Assembly (NCBI GenBank): GCA_026023565.1
Contig: JAPETS010000014.1
Coordinates: forward strand, 310,001 to 374,000
Direction of reading: 5' to 3'
Origin: Cirrosporium novae-zelandiae
Taxonomy: Eukaryota
Length of the DNA: 64,000 nt
The notes under the pieces: model-generated
Seen by the model: the letters and a program-made list of their open reading frames with translations, nothing else
Database searches by the model: none
Told to the model about the DNA's origin: nothing
Shown: piece by piece, positions 49,059 to 62,609 of the stretch
Numbering within the stretch: position 1 is the stretch's first letter
Layout: every line of letters starts with the position of its first letter
Position numbers and translations under genes: made by a program

Positions 49059-50328
49059 ATGGCAGACCCCGAAGCAGACACACCTCTCACTCAGCTCTGT
49101 AGTATCTGTCACGCCGTCCCTCCCAAATACCGCTGTCCTCGATGCAATACCCGTACCTGCTCTCTCCCCTGTGCCCGCCGGCATAAACTCTGGTCTTCCT
49201 GCAACGGTGTCCGCGACCCGAGTTCTTATGTCCGCCGGTCAGACCTCCTAACCCCTTCAGGAGTTGATAGAGATTTCAATTTTATTAGCGGGATAGAACG
49301 GGGAATAGAAAGAGCGGGGACAGATATCGAACAGCGAGGTATGGAGTTTGGGGCTGAGGAGGAGGATGGAAGTGCGTGGAAAAAGCGAGCGAGGGTTTAT
49401 GAGAAGGGAGAAAAAAATTTGGAGGATGCGTTGCAGAACAGGGAAATCAATTTGAAGAGACTTCCAAAGGGGATGGGAAGACGGAAGAATAATAAGACTA
49501 TGTGGGTTAAAAGGTATATTGCTATCTCCTGGTAAATTATCCGAGTTGAATGGACTTTGCTGATCGCACTCTGTTTTTGCTAGACTCAAATGTCTTTCCT
49601 GGACCATTGAGTGGATTGTTGCAGACTCCAAGCCTACACTTTCCTCGTCCCTGGAATTGTCTAAGATTGAGGAAGCATTCTCGACGTATATGAAAAAGGA
49701 AGATGGTAAAGGAATAGAACCAAGAGGGATGAAAAGGAAACTAAACGAGGACCACAAACATCAGTCGACAGGCCTCTCCCCGAGGTCTTCAAGCATCGAG
49801 ACATTCACCACCTCGGATCAAGATCAACCATCCTCTTCAGCTTCACTCCAACCCTCCAATCCATTACCACCACCCTCAACAAAACCAGAAACACCAATCC
49901 AACCACCCACCACCACCCCTCCGTCCCCATCCCCATCCACATTCGCACCCATCACACCCCCCCTATCAACTCCTCTCCACCATTTCTACCTCCACCGTCC
50001 CCTCGTCCCCTCAAAACCCAAAGTCCTAATCCCCCTCTCCCCAACCACCACCCTCAGCGCCTCCCTCCAATCCCGCACACTCCTCGAATTCCCAACCATA
50101 TATGTGCTGCCATACCCACCTTCATCTCTACCATCTGAACACTACATCATGGAAGAAGAATTCTGGCGGTTGCGGGGAGTGGAGGAGAGGGGTGAGAAGA
50201 TAAAGCTGGTGGGGGAAGAAGGTGTTGGTGCGGATGGGGTGGATGGGAATGAGTTGGGTCATGATATCAATGTTGATGTTGATCATATAAAGGTATTGGA
50301 GGTTCTGAAAAAGGATTTGTGCGTTTAA
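49059..50328 (+). CDS. BCD1: Box C/D snoRNA biogenesis protein (zf-HIT + BCD1 domain)
   Basis: CSICH..PKYRCPRC.TRTCSLPCARRHK....CNGVRD, DRDFNFISGIER, LPKGMGRRKNNKT; intron ~49514-49582; WTIEW and LLEFPTIYV. Confidence 0.88.
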
Positions 50329-53300
50329 TTATTTCTTTTCTATCTTCCTATCAACAATCCAACCAATTCCTAAAAGAAAAATATTTTTGCGTTTAAATTA
50401 TTTTTCTCTTTCTATATCTATATTTATCATCATCATCATCAATCAACCAAGTTCCTCAAGAGAGAGACCAAGGCAAGAAATAAATTCTAACACATCATCA
50501 TTCTCACATTTCACACCTCACTCATATGTATATACTTACTATACATACCCTTATGTCCTATATCCGCCATAACCTAACCTAAAAGCAACATGATACGAAT
50601 AATGAAATAAAATGAATAAAACATCATCATATACTTATGTACTGTACAGTACATGCACATCCCCACTTTCCTACCCTTCTATCCATTCCATATTTTACAC
50701 AGCTCGCAGCTCGCAGCTCACCAAATATTTATGAGGATAATGAGTATAGGGATATGGGGATATAGTATAAATATCCAAGCCCTGAATAACACCTCCTAAC
50801 CATATCGCACTATACGTTATATCAAACCATTTAATCCTTTAAATCTTATATTTTATATACATTTTTATATACATGCATGTATGCATACATACATACACAT
50901 CCACTTTTCCATCTTTTTATTTTTTCTATTTTCCATCTTCCCATTCATTCATTCATCGTAATATCTATTATATACACAGCCCCACCAGTCAGTCAATCAA
51001 TCAGTCAATCCCCATACCTCTCTCTTATTTAACCCCACAGCCCACCCAGCAAGCAGCGAGCGGTTCGGGGGTTTACTAAGCATAGGGGTATATAAGGATA
51101 TAGGGGATATATAATAGGAAGGGACACTTCTTGACCAAACTTCCCATCTCCTTATATCTTATATCGCTTTTTTTTTTTTTTCTAGATAAACCAACTTACC
51201 CATCCGCCCAGCCTCTTCCCCCTTTCCCTTTCTCTTTCTCTTTCCCGAAGATAAATGGAGGGGTGGTTGTGTGTATATTATATCTTTCCTCTTTATATAA
51301 GTAATCCATCCCAAAATACGAATAAAAAATACAAACTAGATCGCATCGAGTAGATTAAACTAGACCAAGCCGATACAATCCATAATCAAACTAATGTCTT
51401 TACAGCTTTACACCACCTTGAAACTATTTGTTTTTTTGTTTTTTTTGTTTTTTTTTTAGCAATATCCTCTTCTCTTCTCCGTGTGGGGGGAGGGGGGGGA
51501 TAGAGATGTAAGATATAAAATAATAATAATGGTATTAAGGATTGAGGAGGATTGGGGTTATTTTGAATTCATCCATCCATCCATTCGTATATCCCTAGAG
51601 AGGCGACATGAACATAATTACAGTCTATAGATCTATAGATACCTAGGTTAATAGGTAATAAAATGAATCGTCATTATATTCATATCTAGAACTACGCAGA
51701 AGGTCTCTCTAACGAACCCCCCCCCCCAGCGAACGAATAAAAACATGTAAGCAACCACAACCACTTACCTATACTTTACCCATACATACACATCGATACA
51801 TCTATACCTATACGCCTATACACATACCCAGGTACCCACCATCACCACCCCCTTCTTTTCACAATTTTCACAATATATGAAAAACGAATCCCGAACCCTG
51901 AGCTTAGAGCCTATATTATTTTTGTTTTTTGTTTTTTTGATATTTTGAGTATCTTGAAACAGGATTGTCCATAGACCATTTCCCATATACTATTTCCGAA
52001 TAATTCTAAAAAGGGGGATGAGAGGGATATATTTATAATTCTTACCTTAACTTAGCTTACCGTAGCTTTACCATTCACTTTTTTTTGAAAAAAAAGGGGG
52101 AAAAAGAGTCGGCTTCGGATCTTAGATCTGAGATCGGGATTCTTTGGGGGTTTCGTATTCGGGTTATTATATCTCTTTGTGTGTGGTTCATTCATTCATT
52201 CAGGAATTTAATCAATGGAGATAAGGCGATGGATGGAGATAGCTTACCAATCAACTAATCAACTACCTAACAAACCAACAAACTAACCAGTCAATTGAAA
52301 TCGAAATCACGATCAAGATCAAGAAAAAAAAGTTATTTAATTAAGGGGGATTTTTTGTTTTGTTTTGTTTTGTTTTTTTTTGTTCGTCTCTTCCTTCGTT
52401 CGCACTGTGTACTTAGGTAATTAATTAGATAATTAACAATTTCCTTTCTTTGAAATTTTGCGTTATTTACCCAGGTAGTTAGTTTAAACCCCACTGCGCT
52501 CCACTCCACCCTACCCTACCCTACCCTAATCCACCAAACTCCATCGAAGAAGAAAAAAAAAACCAGAAAAAAAGGAATAGCTGAGCTTTGACTAAGAATC
52601 CTTCATTCCTTTATTCCTTCATGTGTTTTTTGAGGGGCTAGTTGGATTAGATAGATCAGTATAGATAGCTACATAGTTAGACACCTAGATACAACTATCT
52701 ATCGAAGGATTTGTTTAACTGAGAGAGAAGATAAGAGATGGGAGATGGGAGACGGGAAATAGGATTTGGATGATAGGAGAATGAGAAAGGGGGAGAGACA
52801 GAGAGAGATAGTGAGAAAAAACAAAAAAAAAGAGAGAGAGTGTGTGTGGATGATCGTAGGGTTATGTATTTTGCACCATATGTGATATATACCCAAACAC
52901 TAGGTACTGCCCCTCCCTTCCCCTCTCCCACTTGGGTATTTGAATTTTGAATTTAGGTGGTAGGAGTGCTGTTGTTATTGTGGTTGTGTGAAAAATTGGA
53001 GGTTTGGGTGAGATGGGGGTTTAGGGATTAGATGATAAAAGGAGGAAGCATAGTAAAGTAAGTAAAGTGAAATAAAGTAGGTAGGGTGGGGTGTGGGTTA
53101 TAAGCAGGAAGAATTACTTAGTTTCGGTGAAGACTTTGGAAGAGAGGTAAGAGATTATGGAGTAGATTGAGTTGAATAGGGCTGAGATATCGGATGGATA
53201 TAGATAGATGGAGAGATAGAAAGACGTGATGTATTCGCTTGTGTTTGGACCTTCTGAAGTAGTTAATCTTGGTAAATAGGTAAATAAATAGTCCTAAAAA

Positions 53301-53904
53301 ATAAAAGAGACCAGAAAACTTGAAAACTTGAAAAAAAATCGAAGAGAGAAGAGAAGAGGGTGGGTGGATAACATAACATAGCATAATTCTAGACACACGT
53401 ACACAGCTGTATAGAAATATATAGACACGTTTGAAAATCAGAAGAGATGTGCTATTTGTTGGTTGTGTGGTTAGTTCATTGGATGGTTCGGAAGACGAGC
53501 TAAGCCATGTTAAGGAGGATATATCTAGAGATGTATTGGTGAACTTGAGACTTGAGCAGATGGGATAGGATAGGTAGGTGGGTAGGTAGGTAGGTATTTA
53601 ATGTTGGAGTATGCGTATAATCAATCTAGTTGCGTCGCCATTGACGGTTGTGGAGATGAAAAGAAATCAATAGAAATAAGAAAAGAAGGAAAAAATAGGA
53701 AGATAAGGATGAATGATAATTTATTTTGTATGTGTGTGTTGTTTGCTTGTTTAATTGTTCCAATTATCATATTTTTCGTAATAGTAATCATAAGTCCAAC
53801 CAATGTAATGTAGAGAGCTTGAGAGATGCAGAGACAAAAATCTAGATGGAATTTCATACTTGTAAATAATCGTGTGCGCTTATCAAGAATCGGATATCAA
53901 GACC

Positions 53905-54934
53905 TCAGACCACTGCCGACACCACCTCAGGCACGATCTCATTCTCCAACACCACTACTTCCGCAACATCCTTCCTATTCTCACCCTGCTGCTGTTTCAT
54001 CACCGCCACAGAGCCAGCAGCACCACTTGCACTACCCCTACCTTTCTCCCCTGCCTCCACCGCCTCCCCCTCCAGCCCAACCTTAACCATAACCATCTTC
54101 CTCAACCCCTGTAGGACGCCAACCTTCCTCGGTCTCACCATCAACCCATACTCGGAATAAAATCTACCCTGGGAGATCTTGGCATCCTCGACGACCCGGA
54201 ATCCGAACTTGGAATAGAGGAGTTGGCCCATAGCCGAGGCTTCGATCCACGCGGGGAGGAAGAGGTGGTCGGCAAGTGTGCAGCCCCATTGGAGCATTAG
54301 TCGTCCTGCGCCTTGGTGCTGGTAGCTAGGGTTTGTGAACATCATGTTGAGACCTGTGATTCCACGCAGGGGGGAGGTTAATGGGTTAGTTTAGGTTTTT
54401 CCCTTGAGATATAGATGTATGCATTTGTCCGCCATAGCTTTTAAGCGACATGCAGAAATAAAACAATGACTTATCATCATAGGTGTATGCATATATATAC
54501 AGATGGATGTATTGAAAGCAATATGGAAACAAGGGGAAAAAATGCGTACAAATATGCCCTTCCTTCACATGTCTCCACTTCCTCTCGTGAACGTTTTCAA
54601 TCACCTTCTTCGCATCCGCCTGTTCCTTGCTTCCCTCTGGCCAGCATTTGATCACCACCTCTCCCTGAGGCCTTACAAAATTCGGCCGAATAAACCACTG
54701 TGCCACGCTGACCAGGTCTCCAGTCTCTTGATCAACAATCTTCAGCCATTTTATCGTGGGATCATTTTCAAGGGCTTGTTTCATGTCGGATATGGACCGC
54801 GTGATGTTTTCGGCTGTGGGCTCGCCGCAGAGACTCTGAACGTACCCTTCGCCAGCAAATACTTCGAACATCATGGGCACTATGGCGTCGAAATCGGTGG
54901 ACGGATCAATCGGGGTGAGAGTGAAGACACCCAT
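53905..54934 (-). CDS. GNAT-family acetyltransferase, 2 exons
   Basis: Intron 54549-54354 (GTACGC..CACAG). Motif A TNPSYQHQGAGRLMLQWG and WIEASAMGQLLYSKFGF. Confidence 0.85.
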
Positions 54935-56896
54935 CTTGTCTGCTCTTTCAATTGGAGGGTTGATGTTCGGGTATTTTGTTGGTGTTTGTCGAGGAATGAC
55001 AGAAAAAATGTAGATGAGACAAGGCTGAGTTGATAAGAATATGCTTGATTGCTTGCCTGTGTATATGTGTTGGGGGGAAAGTTGAGAGTTGAAAGTTGAA
55101 CGTGGAATGTAGACTGAAGAAAAGGACTTAATAGATCTTTGATTTACCCTCTTTTCTTTCTTTTTCTTTCCGCAAGTAAGCTCAAAGTAGTAATATGGTA
55201 AGGCGGAGCAGGGGTTAGTAAAAGACCTGTCAACTTTGTCTCTTATATAATATTAAATGCAGTCAACACAAATTCGGATCTACGACCGACCGACTAGCTT
55301 CCTCCCAAATGGATTGACTCAAAAGGTGTGAAATTTCTTCCCAGGTGTTGTGTGCAATGTAAGAAAGAAGATTGAAAAATAAAATCAAGGACCAAAATGC
55401 CTCGAAAGTTAGGAACTTCATGTCAATCCCCCCCACCTTTGCCGGTAAAGCGGGACAGAGACTAACCATCCGGGCCATAAACACCAAGAGGTAAGCTGCT
55501 AAAAAAACAACACGATCGAGAATGGTTTTTTTTACGGAGATGAGTGTAGAAATAGGAGCAATAATATGCATACCAATGTACAAAATTGCACAGCAAACCG
55601 AAGAAAATGAACTTGATGACTATCAAAATCGGTGAATGCTGATTGCAAAGAACCGAGGTTACGTACTTAGTATATACAATACTGGATGGTGCAGATTACT
55701 TGTCCCCTGTTGCATGATACAGTTAAGGTTCGGTCCCTGTCAGCTTTCAAAGTTCCAGGTCTTGGGTTTATCTCATCCTGTTTATGGTAAGGAATGATAG
55801 GGCAGACGATCATCCCCTTTTCAATATAGTTCAGTGTCACCTCAATCATTCAAAGAACACCAAACCAAGGAAATATATTAATGAACAAACCCACCTCTGT
55901 GTTTTCGAAAAAGATGGCTTCTAACCCCCGAGATTAAGTAATAGCTGATCTTTCAGCCCTGGACTATAAAAGTAATGTTTGATCGGCTGCCTAGGTGTTA
56001 ATCATTCTTCTACTTTGATATTAAATCCATTATAAACCTATTCACACAGTCGTTGTATTATTTCCCTCAAACGGATATCTACGGCTATCATACCAACTCC
56101 TAACACTTCTCCCTTCCACGGTGAATCCCAGTAGCAAAAGTACTGTACCTCTGTATCTTAGCTAAACACATGGAATCTCCATTCTAATTCGATGGTGACC
56201 TTTTCTCGTGGCAGGTGAAACAAAGCTGAGTTTCTCTTTCGGACGACGCTGTGACTGGCAGCTGCGCATAAGACGGAAAAAAAATGCCTACGTAATGAGG
56301 GTTGGTGTCGTACGATTCCAAGTCTAGATTCCAAAGGTAATTACCGCTACTTCAGCGCCTTGTTTTTTTCTTTTGAGTCTCAATTTTTTATGATTATCAT
56401 CCGAGATGGCGGGGACGGTTTCACCGTTATGGTCATCCACTCCAGCTCGGTTAACACGCGTGGCGTAGTGGCTTAACATTATCCTCCATCTACTTACATA
56501 TGAGCTTGTCTTCAGGCGAGAACGCTATTTCATCCATTAAAACTGGATACCTTGTAGCATTTACCATATTAAAATGCTGACGACCTATTTTGGGGAAAAA
56601 AAAAAAACCAAATGGGAAAAAGAAATTTGGGTTTCAAAAGGGTTTCTCCGAAAAGTTTGTTCCATGCGTGCCCACTTCACTGGGTTTATTTGAGTTTGAT
56701 AGTTAAATGTCCCTTCAAATCACAGGGTAGAAAGTGCAAGGAGACCATTTACTGTACACGTTCAATGGTGTTGTGATCATTATCCATTGCTTTTGGGTAT
56801 ATTTTCTTAGATTTGCACCACAATGATCCATCATTCATAACCCCTCGAAAACGCCACGCTATCAATATAGACCAACCCAATAATCCTGGTTAGACC

Positions 56897-58262
56897 TCAA
56901 ACCGACCGTTGGCTCGGTCCTTGTTCCTCCGTACCGTCGTAGCGAACTGTCCACCCCTCGGTCTTTCGAATAATCATCTTATCCGATCCGCTGCTTGTCG
57001 TAGATTGTCCACTATCTGGCCTCTCGTGGCTGAGGGAGGCTCGAATGTTGGCTGAAAATTCTGGATGGTCGGGCCTCCAGTTGCTGTTGGACGTGTCTTT
57101 CCCCCTTATGGCGGAAGACATTGTATTCATGGCGTAAGTTTGACCGGGGCGTGCATAGCCATCGGAAGAAGAAAAGTAGCCTTGTGTGATATTGTTTCCT
57201 AGATATCCTGTGTCAAAGGCTTGCATGAAGGGTTTCATGCATGGCATAGTAGCTGCCATCAATCCATAATGAATTTCTAGCTGCGATAGGATAGATGTCA
57301 TAGTAGCATCCACTACCATGTCACCAGTTTTCAGGAAGTTGTAGATATATTTAAGTCTGTAAACCTCAATGATTATAACCCTATTACCGATTAGCCCCTA
57401 TCAATACTGTAAATGAGAATGGCAATACCAACCCTGCTCGTACCGAAAAGGCAACAGCAACAGCGATCTTAGGAGCCATGCGCATTTGAAGCCTCCAGAC
57501 AAGAACCAGAGGCATCACCAAAAGGAAAATTTCGGTGGTAATATCCCAGGCGGCCAAAACTTCTTGTCGGCGATGCTGACTCTATTAGACAAGAATATAT
57601 GCAATTTTCAAGGCTCTACTTACTAAATCCTTACATGTAAGAGAGAAACTCCATGGCGCAGACGTATCGCACTCGATAGCTACCGCAAAGATACAAGCGA
57701 TCCCCCAAACACCACATAGTACGGCTACTATGTTAGCCCCTAGTAGTTGACCCGAATTTCGGGTTAAGCGCGTTATCAACATTATTAGGGATATCTTGGA
57801 ACAGATGAGGGATGCAATAAAGACAATCTGCGTCGCGTAGATGACCTAGATGAAAAACCCCACCATTGGTTAGATGGCCATGTATAAATCTGAGTAGGTA
57901 TATAGATTACCTTCATGACATTTAATAACTGTGAGGCTGTTAATTTGGCCCTACTCTTGCCGAATCCATCAACATTGACAGATCCGAGGATCATACCGGA
58001 ATGGACTATTCCTAAGACCTAAGGCACAATGGTAAGTCAGTAGCTGATCATCAACCAGGTAACAGTGTTAATTTTTTCTGACCGTGCCAACTGTTAACCA
58101 AATGTCGTCGCGGCCAAAAGGTCCATTGACTTTGGTTCTTAGATATAAACGAATGCCAAAAAAGAGTACAGAATAGGTCATGGTCAGCCATGCTGCCACC
58201 ACAAGAAATCCTCCATGGTCGTCTGCAGTGATGTAATATGGGCGGGGCCCCTCGGTAGACAT
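56897..58262 (-). CDS. PTH11-like (fungal rhodopsin-domain) integral membrane protein without CFEM domain, multi-exon
   Basis: ITADDHGGFLVVAAW..IRLYLR...FGRDD; hydrophobic exons; C..SAPW; WDITTEI..VMPLVLVWRLQM; QLEIHYGLMAATMPCMKPFMQAF; SDKMIIRKTEGWTV. Confidence 0.85.
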
Positions 58263-60654
58263 GACCTTGGATAAAGAATTGCTGTTGGGTAATGGAACTG
58301 GTAACTTTGATGTATGAAAAAGCGAGAGACGGAACTTTGAAGTCTATATGTTGATCTGCGATGATAAGAACTGGATAAGATTAAGGACGGGGAAAGATCG
58401 CTACAGCCATTCCGGACAAGCTACTTGAGGCTGAAGATTTTGTCCTTTGTTTTTTTTCTGTTTTTTTTTGCTTTTTTATGCGGGCGGACAATATACGTCT
58501 CAAGTATTAAACGGTGATAGGCCCCAAGGTAGAAGAAGATAATATGAAAGCTATAATTACAGCCTAATAAATTTGCGATTGCATAGGGGAAATTCTGTGT
58601 AATATGTCTAAACCCCGGATGCTTGCAGTTTAGGACGCAACCCTCTTTGGCCGAGCACGATGGACACCATGATGGATTCAGAAACAATAGGAAAAGAAGG
58701 ATTGATAGGGAACTGGCGCACGAATGAATGATGAAGCTTGGCCAGACTTGGCTTTCCAGGTATAAACGGGTAGTAAACGGGTAGGATAGCATCTGGGAAG
58801 TAATTAATTTGGAGGGAAGAGGGATAGAAGAGAAGGAAACATGACCTTTCCTGGTTAACCCAATCGATCGGACCGCATTGGAAGAGGAGTTTGGGCGAAG
58901 TGGGCGAAGTAGGTTGGCGAAGCGACAGTAGCTGAAGGGGGGCAATACTGTGGTAGTTAGTGGTAATTAGTGGTAGTAGTGGTAGTAGCGGTAGTAGTGA
59001 TAATAGCCCCCGAAGATGCTCCGGGTCCGGAATATATCATCGAGATCCGTGATTGGGCAAAACACAACTTCCATTATAACTCACGGTTCGCATTGATGCT
59101 GATGCCTGGTTCATCTCCAATGAAAAAGAGATTCTGAGATTTATCACTTGACAGGATTGAAAATCTCTTTCTACTTCAAGTACTTTTCTTTCTCTAGACT
59201 TTACTTTATGGTTGCCACATGGCATATCTATCCATCTATCTATCTGATCACCAGGAACCTAATGTTTTGTCTCAGAGGAATATTTTCTGGAGAAGATTAT
59301 CCTTTTTTGATGATAAGGATCCAAGTATCTAGAGTTTTTAAGATAGTTTCATCTCAAAGAAAGGAAGAAATAATATTCCCACCATCTCGGTTGAGGCCAG
59401 AAGTTCTTCTCGGACGGCTTAGTCATAGAACGTAACAGGAAGACAGAAACGATCGGAAATGGAGATTCGGAGGTTCCGGTGTGACCTGCCAATTCCCGAG
59501 TTTAAAATGCATTAGAATTTATTCGAATAATTCTTTCCAAGTCGATACTAATATCCTATTCAAGCTAGTAATTATGATTTTATTTTTTATATCCATCCCT
59601 TTTGATACCATGAGATTTAGGCTATATGCACAGTATATTGATTGCAGGGCAACCAACTACTGCATGTAGAACAGTGACATGGAAAACAAAGTTGAAATCT
59701 AGAGTTGTTTGATCCTGGACCAAGGTGATACCTGTGAGTAAAAACAAAACAGGGTGAACTCATGGTTGAAAGGGTCAAAATTTACATAGTCCACAGAATG
59801 TGCTCAGGCAAGACTGTGGTTGGACCATTGCTTCATCCGTGATCAATGCCGCCCAACCGACCAGGGAGGCGGGAAGGAGGAGCTCGAACATCTCAGATGT
59901 CAAACATAGTTTCATCGACTTTGAAATTCCTTCCTTCTAAGGTATTTAATTCATTATCAGTTAGTTCATTAATGTCCACCTAGGTCCCTTGGCACCAAGT
60001 TCCAGAGGCTGAATTACAGTTCAATCTCTGGTGCATTTGGTCCAGGACTTGTGCGTCAACGACCCACGTACTTACCTGTTAGTACAGAATGCATAGAATG
60101 TATCCAATATATCCAATTTGCATATCGCATTGTAATCTCGTATCCAAACCTGGGGCCAATCCACTTGGTCTAAGCTTGACCGTCTTCACTCTCAACGCCT
60201 CAAAGTCTCTCCATGTTGTTACTAATTAGTTTGCGGCAAGGCACCGAATATCGCAAACACCTCCGTTGACGTTGCGCAACTCACCAATACTAAACTTCAT
60301 TATTAGAGCTTGCACACAATGTAATACTGCCGCAACTACAGTCGGGCTGGTTAGGCCTGATCCTTGCTATTGCTTGCGCATGTTGGCTGCTGTTAAACCA
60401 AAGGTCCATCCCACTTGGTGCTATCCTAGTGACCGTCTTTCTTAACTGGAAGCTGGTTATTTTCTACCCTATCCAGTTCTGGCCTGCATCAACTGTAGTC
60501 GGTCTGATATCGTCTTCTCCCAATTCTGTTAAATTGCTTGCAGTGTCCTACTTCTTCCTCGAGTGTCGAGGATAATCTGTTGGATCAGCATTCCCACCTT
60601 TAACTCGATTTCCTTTTTGGGGGAACGCCCGCATTGAAGCACACAACTTCGACC

Positions 60655-62609
60655 ATGGCAACGGCAACTCAGTTAAGTCAAGCTGACCTGGAAACGGCCA
60701 AAAAGGACATGGCGGTTGCCTTTGTCTCCGAGGGCAGCGAGGAGACTGGAGGAGCTGATCCTATATCGGAGAAGTTGGGAACTCGTGCTGATCAGCTGGA
60801 GATGCAACGGTTAGGGAAGAAGCAACAGTTCAAAGTAAGAAGAACAAACATCTTCCAATGGAAGGACATGAGTTGACGATACAACCAGAGAAACTTCCGA
60901 TTCCTCTCCATCCTTGGTTTCACCTGTACTCTAATGGCAACCTGGGAATCAATGTTGGCGTACGTATTCAAGATCGATAGGATTGATCAATGGAACTGAC
61001 ATTTCCCAGGGTCAACTCCTATGCCCTCATCAACGGTGGTTTCTCTGGATTCATTTATATCTACATAGCCAGTTTTGTTGGGTTCTTTGCTGTGGTTCTT
61101 ACAATGGCAGAGATGGCATCGATGTTTGTTCACCATTTCCTTTTTATGATGGACTTGAGCTAAATATTTTATATAGGGCACCTACAACTGGAGGTCAATA
61201 TCATTGGGTTTCTGAATTCTCACCGCCGAATATGCAAAAGTTTCTGAGTTATATTGTTGGTAAGCGACCACTTCAAAAGAGATAACCTGTTCTAGTTCAG
61301 CAACTCACAACAATAACAGGTTGGGTTTGTGTACTTGGTTGGCAAACTGGTACCGCTAGCACGGCGTTCATTGGAGGAACCTTGGTCCAAGGTCTTCTAA
61401 CCCTCAACGACCCTTCATATGTGGCGCAAAGATGGCACGGAACTCTCATCGTCATCTTCATTAGCTTCGTTGCCGTGCTCTTCAACACCGTGCTCGCGAA
61501 ACGGCTTCCGCTAATCGAGGGTATCATTCTGGTGCTCCATATCTGCGGATTCTTCGCCATCATAATCGTCCTATGGTGTATGGCCCCGAGGACCTCATCA
61601 CATGAAGTGTGGGGAACTTTTCGGAATGAAGGTGGGTGGGACACTATGGGCTTAGCGGTGCTGGTGGGAATGCTTTCACCCATCTATGGCTTCGTCGGTC
61701 CAGACAGCGCAAACCATATGTGTAAGTTGCATATCCATTTTATCCAACCACAAGAAAAAGAAAAAACTAATACCCCTCATCAGCCGAAGAAATCAGAGAC
61801 GCCTCCGTGGTAGTGCCCCGATGCATGATGTGGACAGCGATACTCAATGGAGCGCTCGGATTCATAATGGTCGTAACATACTGCTATTGTGCGGGTGGTT
61901 ACGCAACAATCCTCGGGACGGCAACGGGATACCCCTTTGTAGAAACCTTTTACATCGCCACCCAATCCAAAGCCGGTGCCACCATCATGACGTGCATCAT
62001 CGCACTCATGGAAATCTGTTCGTCGATTTCCATCCTCGCCACGGCATCGAGACAGCTCTTTGCTTTTGCCAGAGATAACGGGTTGCCGTATCCCAATATC
62101 TTTGCCTATGTTCGTACTTCCCATTTTTCATCATCATTATCATACCTCCCAAACTAACCACCCCCCTCCCTCTACAGATCCTCCCCGGCTGGGACATTCC
62201 CATAAACGCAATCATGGTATCCTTTATGGTCTCAGTCCTCCTCTCCTTGATCAACATTGGCTCCACAGCCGCCTTCAACGCTGTGGCGTCCCTCTGCTGC
62301 TGTGCGCTCTTCACGTCGTACTGGTTCTCCATCTCGTGCATAGTGTGGCGCCGTCTCACAGGCGCTTACCTCCCGCCCGCTCGATGGTCCCTCGGGAAAT
62401 GGGGCCTCCCCCTGAACATCTTTAGCGTCCTCTGGCTGACATTCGCAACCATATTTTTGTTTTTCCCGACGTACAAGAATCCTACGGCCGAGAGCATGAA
62501 TTGGGCTATAGTCATCTTCTCTGGGGTTATCGGAATCGCGTTGATTCTGTACTGGTTCCGGGGGAGACATGTTTATCAAGGTCCGGTGGTTTTGGTCAAG
62601 AGGGAGTAG
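60655..62609 (+). CDS. APC-family amino acid/choline/GABA permease, multi-exon
   Basis: MQRLGKKQQFK.RNFRFLSILGF, MAEMASM.APTTGGQYHWVSEF, GWQTG, GPDSANHM.EEIRDA, SRQLFAFARDNGLP, INIGSTAAFNA, MNWAIVIF. Confidence 0.92.

Noticed and set aside
58421..58945. 174-aa minus-strand ORF upstream of the PTH11-like gene
   Set aside because: TTG start, no recognisable motif, and it overlaps the probable promoter/5' UTR.
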